A stretch of 63,692 nt of DNA, filler included, from Octopus bimaculoides (GCF_001194135.2; 8 parts of 7 records of this genome joined end to end with filler, not necessarily neighbours in it), one strand, 5' to 3'; positions 24,241 to 38,790 are shown, counted from the whole stretch's first letter. Translations and numbers: made by a program. The notes: generated by a model not told the origin, from the letters alone.

Positions 24241-25979
24241 ACACAATTTTTATCATTACAGGGATCTATTGTGAGCTTTGAGTTGACCCTAGTACTTTTT
24301 TGTTTGGTACTTACTCTGTCAGTCTCTTTTACAAAACTGCTAAGTTACAGGGGCCATAAATACACCAATGCTACATGTTTACACTAAATTCCATCTTAAC
24401 TTGTATCCCTTAAAATACAACATATTTATCCTTTAATCCTCTGACTTCTAAAACATTATCATAGTAAGAGACTGTATTTCCTAAATTTTTCAAAACTATT
24501 GGTGTGTTGTAGAAGCTTGTTTCATTAGATTTACTAGAGTTTATCATTAGGTTTACTAAAGATCTGATGTAAGTTTGTGGTTAAATTTAGAAAAATAACT
24601 AGTAACTAAATGACCTGTTAAGTTTGTGTGACTGTTATTTTAAAGTTGAATACAGATAATGCATTGATAAGGTTTCAGTTTAATATGGTTAAAATCTGAC
24701 AATATATTTTGATACAGCTCATCTATCTATCTAGAAAGCACAGTCTAATGAGGTGAACTTCTTTCCTAGTACATCCAGAATATGTGATTGTCATATAATT
24801 CTATATTGTCGTATGTCGCAACAGTTACACCAAAAGAACTGTTAGGGCTGGGTTGTTTTCTTCTGTTTTTTTGTTTTTTTAACCCAGGCAAAATATTTGT
24901 CAAAATGTAGAGTTTCCGTAACATACATGGTAATCTCAATTGCATTATCGTCTCTAGTACAAGTTTATATAATTCTAGAGCACTTAGTGAAGGGATTTAG
25001 AAATAAAAGGATTAATGTTCAACAATGTCAAATAGTCAAGTGGTGGTGGTGGTGGTGGTGGTAGTAGGAGTGGCTGTGGCAATGAGGGGGAGGAATCATG
25101 TTTGAGTGCTTTGGGATAATAGAGTGTTTTAGTGTGCTTAATAGAAGGAAGTTATTTTTAGAGTTAGTCAATAATTTTTTCATGAAAAGTGATTTTAATA
25201 AAGTTTAATGCAGGTTTGGCTGTGTGGTAAGAAATTTACTTTGCTTTACCAACCACATGGCCTAAGGTTCAGTCCTACTGCATGGCACCTAGGCCAAATG
25301 TTTTCTACTGTATCCCCTAGTCATCCACTGTGTTGTGAGTAGATTTGGTAAANNNNNNNNNNNNNNNNNNNNNNNNNNNNNNNNNNNNNNNNNNNNTTAA
25401 TTAATTAANNNNNNNNNNNNNNNNNNNNNNNNNNNNNNNNNNNNNNNNNNNNATACGTTACGTACACGCACACCTATACCGAATTACATAACTTCAAACA
25501 AAGCAGATGAACCAGACAGACAAGAAAAGAAAATACAACAACAACAGCAATAACAACAACAACAACAACAACAACAATAATAACAGCGACTTTTGCCAAA
25601 GCTACGAACTTCCTCGTTCCTCAGTCGGTCAGTCCGATATGCTTATAGAACTAGAAAGAAAAAACAAAACAAAACAAAAAACAAAAAAAAAACACAAAAC
25701 TGCATCAACTTACCTGGTTAGCTCCACGTGTGCTGTTATCATCACGACCATTGTTATAACCATCGCTGTTGCCGTTGTCCTAGTCAACATCATTATCCTC
25801 CACCTCTTTGATATAATCATCATCATCGTTGTCACACGATAGCTGCAGATGTAGAGATGGAGTAGAACCTGCCGCTGCCTCACGCAATCTGTGAGTAATT
25901 CGAAGCGACGCGTGTTTGCATATTTGGGAGGTGTGTTTATTTATATAAATGTATATATTTACGGTTAGGGTCTATCAAT

Positions 25980-26017
<38 letters not shown>

Positions 26018-26646
26018 NNNNNNNNNNNNNNNNNNNNNNNNNNNNNNNNNNNNNNNNNNNNNNNNNNNNNNNNNNNNNNNNNNNNNNNNNNNNNNNNNNN
26101 NNNNNNNNNNNNNNNNNNNNNNNNNNNNNNNNNNNNNNNNNNNNNNNNNNNNNNNNNNNNNNNNNNNNNNNNNNNNNNNNNNNNNNNNNNNNNNNNNNNN
26201 NNNNNNNNNNNNNNNNNNNNNNNNNNNNNNNNNNNNNNNNNNNNNNNNNNNNNNNNNNNNNNNNNNNNNNNNNNNNNNNNNNNNNNNNNNNNNNNNNNNN
26301 NNNNNNNNNNNNNNNNNNNNNNNNNNNNNNNNNNNNNNNNNNNNNNNNNNNNNNNNNNNNNNNNNNNNNNNNNNNNNNNNNNNNNNNNNNNNNNNNNNNN
26401 NNNNNNNNNNNNNNNNNNNNNNNNNNNNNNNNNNNNNNNNNNNNNNNNNNNNNNNNNNNNNNNNNNNNNNNNNNNNNNNNNNNNNNNNNNNNNNNNNNNN
26501 NNNNNNNNNNNNNNNNNNNNNNNNNNNNNNNNNNNNNNNNNNNNNNNNNNNNNNNNNNNNNNNNNNNNNNNNNNNNNNNNNNNNNNNNNNNNNNNNNNNN
26601 NNNNNNNNNNNNNNNNNNNNNNNNNNNNNNNNNNNNNNNNNNNNNN

Positions 26647-26687
<41 letters not shown>

Positions 26688-26689
26688 TT

Positions 26690-26726
<37 letters not shown>

Positions 26727-27579
26727 ATAACTTAAACAGTGTTTACTATATTGCCGTTCCAGATATGACTAACCACCCGCTCTTCCTTTTTGGCGTCACG
26801 TCGGTCTAAAACTAAACTTACTTTGTCCAATATATCCGCTCCATATCTAAAACCATCTTGCTATAATGCGAGGGAATATTCCACTACTATTTCTAGCACA
26901 TTTATGCAACCACATAACATAACAGCACCAGCGTGGTTCCTGTCAAGCTTGTGGTCATTGCAGCGGTCAGTACTTTTACCGTTAGTATTGTCTTCCACAA
27001 TGCCGGCAGCCCTGTGCCACCGGTCACGTTGTGGCGCTAATGCCTCGCTGCATTGTTTGAATGGACGATCGCCTGTCCTTTCAACTGACGCTTCTCGCCT
27101 GATATCGTTTAAAACTCCCAGTCAGTCCTAATCAAGCAGAGCAATGACCAAAGAAAGACACTCCAGCCGTGACTACGGCGATTGTTTTCGTATTTCAGAT
27201 CTATATCGTCATTGTCCAGTATCAGTCACCGCTCTGACTTGTTTTTGTTTTTTCGTTTTTATTTGTAAGGGATTTTTCGCTGCTATTTTTAGCTAGCCGA
27301 ACGACCACTTTCAGAGCTGTCTCGCTATGCCTGATGCTGCTGTTTAATCACTCCTCGAAGTCATCAACCCTGATCGAGCGGACCTATACTTAAAGATATT
27401 CCAGCCGTGACCATCTCGCTTTCTTATGGACATCAAAGACTACATTAACTACACACGATCCTTTCAGTTTTTTTTAAAGAAGTTTCAGCTGTTATTTCTA
27501 GCAACTTAAGCGACCTGGCCGAGGCTCGTTTGGAGCAGTGTTGTAGTGAACAACATTACAGTAGAGAGCTTAATGTGTG

Positions 27580-28700
27580 TATTGCAGTGGCTGTTATTGT
27601 TGTTGTTAGTGTTGTTGTTAGTGGTGGTGGTGGTAGTGGTGGTTGTGACAGTGTTGTTGCAGTTCCAGTTGTTGTTGTTGCTTTGTTAGAAGCTCTGTCG
27701 TTAAACCAAAAGTTGGCAGGTTCACTCCTACACTCCGCTATATTCCGTTGACATGCGTTGACTGTTTAAGCATCAGATAAATCCACGCTCTGTTTGCTGT
27801 TGTTGTTGTTTATGATGGTGGTGATGTAACTGATAACGTTGTTCTTTGTTGTTGTTTTGTAGACATCGATTATATTGATTGATTGTTGTTCAAAAATTTC
27901 TGTTTGTTTTGTTCGTGTGTTTGTTCACGTTACTTTCACTTCCCCTTTAACTTGTTGCTATTTTTCGTATTTTTTGTAGTTGTTGCTATTTTGTTCTTCC
28001 TTTTGTTGATATTGTTTCAGCACCGTGATTGTTGATTTCTGTCATTGTTGTTGTTGTTGTTCTTGTTCTTGTTGCTATTTATTATTGTTGTTGCGAGTAG
28101 TTGTTGTTATCGTCGTCATTGTTAACGCTGTTGCTACTGTTGATGCTATCGCTTCCGTCGTTGTTGCTGTTGTTGTTGTTGTTGTAATCGTCGTGTCCGT
28201 TGTTGCTATCGCAATGTTGCTATTACAGTTGTTCTTCTGATTGTTGTCGCTGTTGTGTCATTGAAGTTAACGTCACTGGCCTTTGTTAGTGTGGCTGTTA
28301 TAGTTGTTGTTGTTGCTGTCGTTGTCTTATTACTATTCTCGTTGCTATCGTTGCGATTGCTTGTTGTAGTTACCCATGACTCTCTCGTCGCAATCGTTGT
28401 TGTTGTTGTTGTTGTTGTTGCTATACTTCTTGTTATCGCCGTAGTTGTCGCGTTGATGTTACTGTCGCTTCGTTGTTATTGTTGTTGCTATAGTTGATGT
28501 TGTGATTCTTGTTGTTGCAGTCGCTGTTGCTAACGTCGTGACAGTTCTTGCTGTTTTTGTTGTTGTTGTTGTTGTTGTTGTTGTTATATATGTTCTCACG
28601 TTTTACGGAAGTTTGATTATATTTGTTTTAAAGTAATTTTTGCAAAGTTTTTGATGTTGTTTTGTTATCGCTGTTTTTTTGTGTTGTGTTCTAATTATTA
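27580..28700. repeat. Long degenerate (GTT)n low-complexity tract
   Basis: Seen directly; it produces poly-Val/Cys/Leu pseudo-ORFs. Confidence 0.9.
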
Positions 28701-28763
28701 AATTTTTTTTTTTTTGCAATTAATCTTTTTTGTTTCAAATTAACAATTATTTGTTGTTGCATG

Positions 28764-28765
28764 AG

Positions 28766-28821
<56 letters not shown>

Positions 28822-28889
28822 GTATTATTATTATTATTAGTAGTAGTAGTAGTATTTAAGGTAATTGTACAAATTCTACTACTACTACA

Positions 28890-28922
<33 letters not shown>

Positions 28923-28984
28923 CTTGTAGCATCTAATACCACTATTACTACAGCTGCAACTACCTCTGTTACAACTACTGCAAA

Positions 28985-29041
<57 letters not shown>

Positions 29042-29067
29042 CACCACCACCACCACTACTACTACTA

Positions 29068-29115
<48 letters not shown>

Positions 29116-29125
29116 TTACTACTAC
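28764..29125. repeat. Compound trinucleotide array (AAT)n,(ACT)n,(GCT)n,(ACC)n
   Basis: Seen directly in sequence. Confidence 0.95.
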
Positions 29126-29659
29126 TGGTGCCACTGGTGCCGCTTCCTTTGTAGTACATAAGTGCTCAGTATTAAATAGGCTCCGAAGCTCCATCAAGCT
29201 TTTTATTGGAGCTTCTGTTAATTTTAAGCAAAGATCTGCAGAGTATTTAAACTCGTTTCCTCACGAAAATCTAAGTAATTCGACTTCTCTGGCAGAACAT
29301 ATACACTACCTTAAGGGGGAAAACTATACCACACGACATAGCTTAGTGGATCATTGACTCTAGCCCTTGATGAAAAAAAAAGGCATTCCTCCCGTTGGGT
29401 ATGCTTAAAGGAATCTATACATATACTGTCCTATGACCCAGCACAATTATGAAAAAATCATCACGAGGTATTCTTCCATTGTGTTCATAAAGTCTATAAA
29501 ATTTACAACTTTTACCACAAATCCAGATGCAGTGGGACAACTACTCCTACATAGCTACCAACCAATTTATTTTCTCTCATATGTAATTCAAACGTAGCAT
29601 AATCATAATCTCACTTAATTAACTGGTTCATTAACCTATCTTCATATGCCTTTATTCTA

Positions 29660-29874
29660 CGAGGAGATGCAGAAATGTTCCTGGCTTTGGGTAAGAGAAA
29701 ATACAAGATCAGTTAATTATGATTCTATTCAACATATTCCTCTCTCACATTCACACACTTATTGGCAACGGTACTTTTGTTTTTCTAAGCCCTGTAAAAG
29801 AACTCGGAAGGTTGGGCCTCCAAGCAGGCCTTTCGCGACACCCTTAAAGCTAGATGCTTCTTAGCACCCCCTCG
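29660..29874. mobile_element. Complete mariner-derived MITE with imperfect TIRs and TA target duplication
   Basis: TA|cgaggagatgcagaaatgttcctggcttt ... aaagctagatgcttcttagcaccccctcg|TA. A partial reverse copy lies at 44878-45015. Confidence 0.85.
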
Positions 29875-30132
29875 TATTTCATTTATTTATTCCTTCAAAG
29901 ATTTTTTTTTCACAGATGTTTTTCCCCTCTAAGAAAAACAATTTGTTTTAAATCTCTGAGCGAGAGATATACAATAACAGTACCGAATATTAAAGTTAGT
30001 ATGCCAACAGAATGTGGCATACAATAAAGGACTGGAAAAGATGTTTTCCTGGGGCTAAAACAACAATAACATCGTCCTTTATAAGACTGCCACATTATGT
30101 TGCCATATACATCTTTGGCCATTCTTCTCCAT

Positions 30133-30242
30133 TTATTCATACTTCTACACCTCTCCTGGCGTATAGCTTGTATAATACCCACTCAGTTTATTCATACTTC
30201 TACACCTTACTTGGCTTATAGCTTGTATAATACCCACTCAGT
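30133..30242. repeat. 55-bp tandem duplication (2 copies)
   Basis: ttattcatacttctacacc...gcttgtataatacccactcagt starts at 30133 and again at 30188. Confidence 0.9.
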
Positions 30243-30804
30243 TGCTGCACTATTATTAACTAGCGTCAAACGTTTCCTAGCTTATAATTTATTTAATACC
30301 TATCCTAATGAAACACTAGTTAAACTAAATTAATATATTTACCTTACCAGATTTCTTTACGCAAAATTTTTATTTACTTATTTTTTTAATCATTTATTAC
30401 AGTATATAATATTTATTACTTTATTCATTTCCTCCCAATATGTTATAGTTTGCTCTACTCAAACCGATGAAATGGTAAATTTTATTCATTTATTTATTTG
30501 CTTTAATTTTATTCATTTATTTATTTACTTATCTATTCATTTACTTCCAATAAACTTGCACTTTCAGTAATATTAATAATGTGCCAGACATCTATAACTA
30601 TCTTCTCTATAACCAGTTCAAATTTAACTCTTTCACCACTCTCTGCTATATGAGATTCGTTATACCGATGGGCTTCCATATCAAATTCATTGTACTGATA
30701 GGCTATAGTTTGAAGCACCCATTTAACGTATTTTATCTTGTTTTCAACTCTCTAACATCAATCTCCCACTCCCACCTCCTCTGGTCATTAATCGTGAAGA
30801 ACAC

Positions 30805-31095
30805 TATCAGGATTTTCCTCAATGGTGGCTATTGTCGGACGTCTAGACCTTCGGTCATCTTCCAGATACTCCATTCCTCTCCTAAGATCCGTTGCCCTTT
30901 TTCACTGTTGATAAAGCTGGAGTGTCCATCCCCTAAGGTAGCAACAATGTCAGCATGAATATCCTCGGGGCCAAACCTCTTTTTCTGCAGGTACTTGCTA
31001 ACACCACGGTGCCAAACTTTGTCGATTTTCAGGAGAAATCGATACTAGTTGCTTTTGAAGTGTTCTTCGAACAGTAAGATGTCAGTTTAGCTGGA
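30805..31095 (-). mobile_element. Mariner transposase N-terminal (HTH) remnant
   Basis: Reads KIDKVWHRGVSKYLQKK..DIHADIVATLGD, then after a frameshift DTPALSTV, then RRGMEYLEDDRRSRRPTIATIEEN, matching the mariner LEDxxRSGRP motif. Confidence 0.85.
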
Positions 31096-31174
31096 AAGAA
31101 AAAATACTATTAGTAATAAGAAAGGTTGAAATGAATGCAAGATTTCACTGCTCTAGCATCACTCTTTCATTATC

Positions 31175-31305
31175 CGCCGAGATCAACTTTGTCCTTCATC
31201 CTGTCGTGGTTGATAAAATAAGTACCAATTGAGGATTGCGGGCGATGTAATCAACTTATCCCCTCTCCCGAAATTGCTGGCCTTGTGCCAAAAGTTGAAA
31301 TCGAT
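31175..31305 (+). mobile_element. SINE family C, partial
   Basis: Family C core and tail sequence. Confidence 0.7.
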
Positions 31306-31909
31306 ATATATCTTCCCGCTCAATGATGAAACACTTCTAGCCGTCTTTGACTGGCAGCTTCAGCACTACCTTTTATTAGTTGCATTTCAAACCGGTGTTT
31401 TAGTCGTAAATCAAACTAAGCACTTATAACACATACCTGTTGCTTTTAGTGATCAAGCGCAAACTCTTTATATATTAATATTTACTATAATATAATATAA
31501 TACATATATAATATAATACACACACATGCACACACACACACACACACACNNNNNNNNNNNNNNNNNNNNNNNNNNNNNNNNNNNNNNNNNNNNNNNNNNN
31601 NNNNNNNNNNNNNNNNNNNNNNNNNNNNNNNNNNNNNNNNNNNNNNNNNNNNNNNNNNNNNNNNNATATATATATATATATACATAGATATAAACAAGCA
31701 TACACAAGCACGCGCATGCGTACACTCACTCACATCGTACACACATGGTTGTGTTCAGGGGTTAACTGTTCAAAAGAACGAGGTCGGGTCAATAACAGCA
31801 GAGAAGTCAAAATATTAAAACTGATAGTCAACACGTTTTATTAAAGCACTCACACATATACATACATGCATACATACACATATACATATGCAGTTACACA
31901 TATATGCTT

Positions 31910-31954
<45 letters not shown>

Positions 31955-32720
31955 CACGCATACATAGATACATAAACATATACAGCCACACATATCTTTT
32001 ACTTGTTTCAGTCATTAGACAGTGGCCATATATATATATATATACAGAAAGAAAGAGAGAGAAAGAGAGAAATGGAGATAGCAATAGATAGAGGGAGAGA
32101 GAGAGATAGAGAGAGAGANNNNNNNNNNNNNNNNNNNNNNNNNNNNNNNNNNNNNNNNNNNNNNNNNNNNNNNNNNNNNNNNNNNNNNNNNNNNNNNNNN
32201 NNNNNNNNNNNNNNNNNNNNNNNNNNNNNNNNNNNNNNNNNNNNNNNNNNNNNNNNNNNNNNNNNNNNNNNNNNNNNNNNNNNNNNNNNNNNNNNNNNNN
32301 NNNNNNNNNNNNNNNNNNNNNNNNNNNNNNNNNNNNNNNNNNNNNNNNNNNNNNNNNNNNNNNNNNNNNNNNNNNNNNNNNNNNNNNNNNNNNNNNNNNN
32401 NNNNNNNNNNNNNNNNNNNNNNNNNNNNNNNNNNNNNNNNNNNNNNNNNNNNNNNNNNNNNNNNNNNNNNNNNNNNNNNNNNNNNNNNNNNNNNNNNNNN
32501 NNNNNNNNNNNNNNNNNNNNNNNNNNNNNNNNNNNNNNNNNNNNNNNNNNNNNNNNNNNNNNNNNNNNNNNNNNNNNNNNNNNNNNNNNNNNNNNNNNNN
32601 NNNNNNNNNNNNNNNNNNNNNNNNNNNNNNNNNNNNNNNNNNNNNNNNNNNNNNNNNNNNNNNNNNNNNNNNNNNNNNNNNNNNNNNNNNNNNNNNNNNT
32701 GCAGTTACACATATATGCTT

Positions 32721-32766
<46 letters not shown>

Positions 32767-33686
32767 GAACATATATATATATGCATGTACGACTGGCGTC
32801 CAAACAGTTTCTCTATCAAATTCACTCACAGTGTATTAGTCAGCCCGGTGTGGGACTGAACCCGCACCCTCGGAGTTTCAAAGTGATCTTCTTAACGGTG
32901 TCCGAATGCATATTTTACCACTTTCCAGCGCCATCTCACTCCTTATTCGCTTCATTCGTTGCGCTTATTTATTTCTTCCATGAAAATCTGCAACGATTTT
33001 GTACGTTGTTTTTAAAAAGAGCATAAACCAAAAATGGCGTTGTCTTCTGACTCTTGTTCATGCGATATGTAGCTTAGTTGTTCACGAGAAGAGGAATGTT
33101 CTTTTATTTAAGGCCCAGTAACAGATAAATTCTCTCCTTGTGATTTATTTATGGACATAGATAAATTGAATTTCACTGGAAACTTCAAACTTTTGTGTAC
33201 GAAAGCTATTTCACTGTGAGATACTATCATGGCTTTTCTGTGTATAAAAGCAACTTCTCTTTTGGAACAACCTATCAGAAAAGTAAACCTGAATAATATG
33301 GAACATTAATCTTTCTTTTTACTACCAGTCTAGTGCCACAATATAGCCGAAGCTGATGTAGGTTACATAATTGTATGGTGGCAGCATCTACTTTTAACAT
33401 AAACCTTTGCAGAAGAAGTCTAGGAGATTACAAAGAATTTAACAACTCAGTTGGACAATTAGACCTGCCAGAGTCTGAGAGCGAATCTATAGATTTATAC
33501 ATTGGAATATCGTATTGTTAATGGCGTTGACTGCAAGTCAGGGTTCTCGCTGTTCGATGGACATTTGACGATTTATTATCAACTGCCAGATATTTGTACA
33601 CATCAACAAACAATTGTTAGACTCATTAATCCGAAACGCTTTGGCTGACGGGACGCTTTGGCGATTATAGGCGTAGCATCTGTATG

Positions 33687-33722
<36 letters not shown>

Positions 33723-33965
33723 TGTGAGCGTGTGTGCGTGTGCCTTATTGTTCGTTTGTGTCTTCCATCAGCGTTTGACAGCTGGTTTCGTTTCGTTTCG
33801 TTTAAGTTACCCGTAACTTAGCGTTTCTGCAAATGCATAACTTCATTCAGACACATATGAGTAGACATTTAGCTGTAGAAGCAGTCATACAAATACACAT
33901 ACATCTGTGTGTGTATTTGTGTGTGTGTTTGGAAACAAGCTTTGATTGCTTTCTTCCCTTTCTTC

Positions 33966-34026
<61 letters not shown>

Positions 34027-34274
34027 TTTCTTTCTTTTGCAATCTTCCCCCCCCCTTTCATTCTGCACTTCATTTTGAAAAAGGAACTGTGCCTCTTGAC
34101 ATTTCTCTGTGAATGCAAAAGTTTCTTGGATTGCTTTTAGTCATTTGTTTTGTTCTTGTTCTTTTGGGTTTTTTCCTTCCTTTCTTCTTTTTTTGACATG
34201 TGCTCCGAGACACAATGTTCCAACAGAAAGTACTATTTCACGTTCTCTCTAAGTTTATAAGATTGTTATGACAT

Positions 34275-34323
<49 letters not shown>

Positions 34324-34729
34324 ATACATGCATAAACACAAATATTCATACATAGATACATAAATGCATACAGACGGACAGATAGGGAAACAGGCAAACA
34401 GGCAGACAGATAGATAGGTCGGTTAATTACAGGGTTGAAAGCACCAATTACACTCTCGGAGTGGTCGGCATTAGGAAGGGCATCCAACTGTAGAAACTTT
34501 GCCAGATCAGATTGAGCCTGGTGCAGCCTCTGGTTCACCAGTCCTCAGTCAAACCGTCCAACCCATGCCAGCATGGAATGCGGACGTTTAACAATGATGA
34601 TGATAATGATATATATATATGTGTGTGTATGTATAAGCAATATAGCACGATGTGAATTATAGACATTTGGTTGCTATTTCTAGCAACAGTCTGAGCAGCT
34701 CTCTAGAGACGCCACTGTTGGCTGTTGAG

Positions 34730-35105
34730 GTGGTATGTGGTGCTCATGTGACTGGGAAGTGATTGATGTGGCGGAGGATGGGGGGGGGGAAACTGGGGGT
34801 AGGAGTGAGATGTTAGAGGAAAGGTAGGAGAGGAGAGTGGGACGGATTGTGCGTGTGTGATGTGTGTATGCGTGTGTGTGTGTGTTGTGCGTGTGTGCAT
34901 GCTGATTATTTGTGTGCGTGTGTGTACCTGCACGGCGTGTTGCATTATTGAGTTTGTGTGCGTGTGTGTTTGTGTCTGTGTGTGTGTTTGTGTGTTTGGT
35001 TGCATGCATGTATGCGTGATGTGTCTGCGGTTTGGGTGTAAGCGTATATGTGTGTGTGTGTGTGTCTATGTGCATATATATGTAATATGCGCGTACAGCA
35101 TTGTA

Positions 35106-35136
<31 letters not shown>

Positions 35137-35422
35137 CTGTGTGTGCGTGTGTATGTGTGTGCGTGTGCGTATGAAAGTAACGGTGCAGGAAAAGCTGTGG
35201 TGGTGGAGAGGATGTGTTGGCGGGAGAATAAATTGAAAGAAAATGAAGGAAAGATCGATAGAAAGGAAGATGAAGAAGGAATGAACGAGGGAAAAAGTGC
35301 AAGAGGAAGAGAATGAGGGAGAGAGTGAGTGAGGGTGAGAGAGAGAGAGAGACAGACAGAGTGATAAAGAAAGAAAGACAAAGAGGGAGACAGAAAAAAG
35401 AGAAAGGGTGAAACAGAGTGAC

Positions 35423-35459
<37 letters not shown>

Positions 35460-35702
35460 AAAGAAAGACAGAGGCAGAGAGAGGAAGAATCAGGAGAAAG
35501 AGAGAAAGAGAAAGATAGAGAGAGACAGACAGAGTGAGAAAGAAAGAGAAAAAGAGACACAGTGAGAGAGAATGAGAAGGAGAGAGAGAGAGATTAGAGA
35601 GATATGGTTAGAAGAGCGAGCGAGCAAAAGAGAGAGGGAGAGAGAAAGACAAGGGTGGAGGCTGAGGGAGAGGGAGTGACAAAGAAAGAGGGAAGAGGCA
35701 GA

Positions 35703-35747
<45 letters not shown>

Positions 35748-35900
35748 GGAAAGAAATGAACGGAGAGGCGAATGAAAACGAGCAGTCATGCGTATAACTA
35801 CTGACGCACACACACACACACACATAGTAACATAAACACATACGCCTTTCTATGCATGCATACAAACATACACACACACACACAGACACATAGAGACAAC
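34730..35900. repeat. Long compound (GT)n-like, then (GA)n-like, then (CA)n low-complexity block
   Basis: Seen directly in sequence. Confidence 0.9.
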
Positions 35901-36117
35901 GACATTACACCTTTCTACACAAAACATAAACACACATACACACACACACACGCACACACACACACGCAGAGCACAAACTTATGTACAGACGATTGACGAT
36001 TGCGTTAACACACTGGCAGACGACACAGCACAGACAAATACACACAAAAGACAGCACTCGTTCGAGCAGATGATCTATCTTCCTTCCTTCCTTCCTTCCT
36101 TCCTTCCTTCCTCTCTC

Positions 36118-36162
<45 letters not shown>

Positions 36163-36655
36163 NNNNNNNNNNNNNNNNNNNNNNNNNNNNNNNNNNNNNN
36201 NNNNNNNNNNNNNNNNNNNNNNNNNNNNNNNNNNNNNNNNNNNNNNNNNNNNNNNNNNNNNNNNNNNNNNNNNNNNNNNNNNNNNNNNNNNNNNNNNNNN
36301 NNNNNNNNNNNNNNNNNNNNNNNNNNNNNNNNNNNNNNNNNNNNNNNNNNNNNNNNNNNNNNNNNNNNNNNNNNNNNNNNNNNNNNNNNNNNNNNNNNNN
36401 NNNNNNNNNNNNNNNNNNNNNNNNNNNNNNNNNNNNNNNNNNNNNNNNNNNNNNNNNATATATATATATATATATACGACAGACTTCTTTCTATTTCGGT
36501 CTTCCAAATCCACTCACAAGGCTTCTGTCAGCCCGAGGCTTAAGTTGAAGACACTCGCTGGAGGTGCCACGCAGTGGTACTGAACCCAGAACCATGAGGT
36601 TGGGCAGTAAGCTTCCTAGCTGGATGCGCCTTAGCTCTATGATTAAGAACACCAT

Positions 36656-36729
<74 letters not shown>

Positions 36730-37083
36730 GCCGGCACCTCCACCACCACATTCTCAGTCAATGGAACGAAACATTGCATTACACAGTTCTAGCTATACTA
36801 TGGTTGTGAATAGAGGATGCTCACAACTGGAACGCCTTTGATCATTAGGTCTATCTGATTACCTATGACCTATGGTTAAAGTATACTTAACAACCAGAAT
36901 GTCGAAAATTACAGGGTCTTTATGTATGCGAAAGAAAGGACTTCACAAAACCAGCAAGGACACGGTTACAGAGGAAGTATCACTTACAAGTCACTAATGA
37001 AATTATGTGACCATGTCAAACGTCACAGTATGTAATAAGTTTAGTATGTAATAAGTGCGTCTGTACGTGTGTGTGTGTTTGTG

Positions 37084-37143
<60 letters not shown>

Positions 37144-37213
37144 ATACACAATTTGGCACACAGGTCTATACGTATAATGACATCCATACTTGCATACATG
37201 CTTAGAATTGCGC

Positions 37214-37276
<63 letters not shown>

Positions 37277-37309
37277 ATATATAACTAAAGTGTGAGAAAG
37301 GGAAAGAGG

Positions 37310-37341
<32 letters not shown>

Positions 37342-37779
37342 ATAAGTATTTTCCATAGAAGTAGAAATAAAAAAGACGTTGAAAATGCATTTGGTTTGAA
37401 AAGGGATTGCAAAGTAAACGAAGTTAATGGTAAGTCATTTTATATACTTGTATGAAGGATTTATAGTTTAGGGCCTTTTAAACAGCCGTTGGGGAATGCA
37501 TCATTTTGATTGGTTATTTTAAGCAAGTGATTTTCAGATTTGAATAGCAAGCATTTGTCTTACAGACTTCGGAGAGTGTATCAATTAAATTGGTTGGTTT
37601 GAACACGAGATTTATGAATCGTGAATTCGAATACCGAGTAAGTTTATTACGGTTCATGCAGAGTGTAAAATCTTCAGCTTTTGATTTTCTCTTATGATAC
37701 ATCATAATGTATTAAGTTTTGTTTGCAATTTGAAAAAAGAAAAAGAGTACATATTGTCGATCTATCTGTATTTGATCTC

Positions 37780-38790
37780 TAAGATTTTGTCACGTCGGTA
37801 CAACATAAAATCGTTTGTTGTTTGGGGATTAACCTGTGTGAGAATCTAAATATTAACTAATAAGTATTTTTCTGATATTAGGATACCGTATTTAGTGGCA
37901 GTGAACGGTCTTTCTGCTCCTCGGGTTAATGCAGTCTTTCCTGTGTAATGTTCGTTACAACCATTACATTTAATGACATAAAGTCGATTTCTTGATTCCC
38001 AGGTCATATAATTCTTAAAGGTAAATATTTTTTTTGGTTATTTAGATTCAAACAACATGCCTTTAACTCGATTAATGCAGTTTAAACATTTAGGATAACC
38101 ATACTTTTTCAACTATTGCAGTTGTATTTTTTGTGAGTAATTTGGCGATGATAATTCCTTTTTGGAGATATTGGTTACATTTTGCTTTCGACGATTTTGT
38201 GTATCTCGTCCGTTTTAATACTTTCTTTATTCAGCAACGATGTATATTCCTCAATAACGAATCATAACATTTGATACTATTACATCTGTATTTCTTGGGG
38301 TTTGCACTGATATATAAGGTAGGGTTTTAAGAGTTTCAGTAGTGTCTTATATCTTTCGTAGTTCCTGCATTTCTATCACTTTCTCCCGTTTTATCTCATT
38401 GATAACTACTGTCTTTCAAGTAATACTCGCTTAAATTACTTTTGCCCCCGTTACAAACTTTGATATAATTGCATGCAATCTTATTATCCATGATATACTT
38501 ATTTTTTATGCTTTGGATGGTATGAAGTACTTAGTTAAGTAAGATATGACAAAATTAGCATAAGTTGGCGCGGGTATTGTTCCCATCGCAGTCCCAGTAT
38601 TTCATCCCAGCCCCTTCTCATGTGAAATCATAGAATAAAATACATCAAATAAGGCAATAAGAGTATTTCGATTAGCATCTTTCGAAAGGTAGTCTAAAAG
38701 ATCTACTCTACATCTTAGAGAATTTGTTATATATTTTAACACTAGTTTTAAGTGTATCCAAGAGTATCACTGAGTCTTGTGCTTCATGAC
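37780..38790 (-). mobile_element. Decayed Penelope-like retroelement (RT plus GIY-YIG endonuclease)
   Basis: Fragments IALFDVFYSMISHEKGL and TGTAMGTIPAPTYANFV (38551-38595; RT GTAMG motif), followed by LYVIKCNGCNEHYTGKT (about 37930-37985; GIY-YIG). Confidence 0.85.

Noticed and set aside
26790-27131. GC-richer ORFs on both strands; the minus frame contains CSEALAP, reminiscent of an NPR exon 2
   Set aside because: The flanking residues do not match the NPR ectodomain (no FxGPxC motif), and no convincing splice sites were found.
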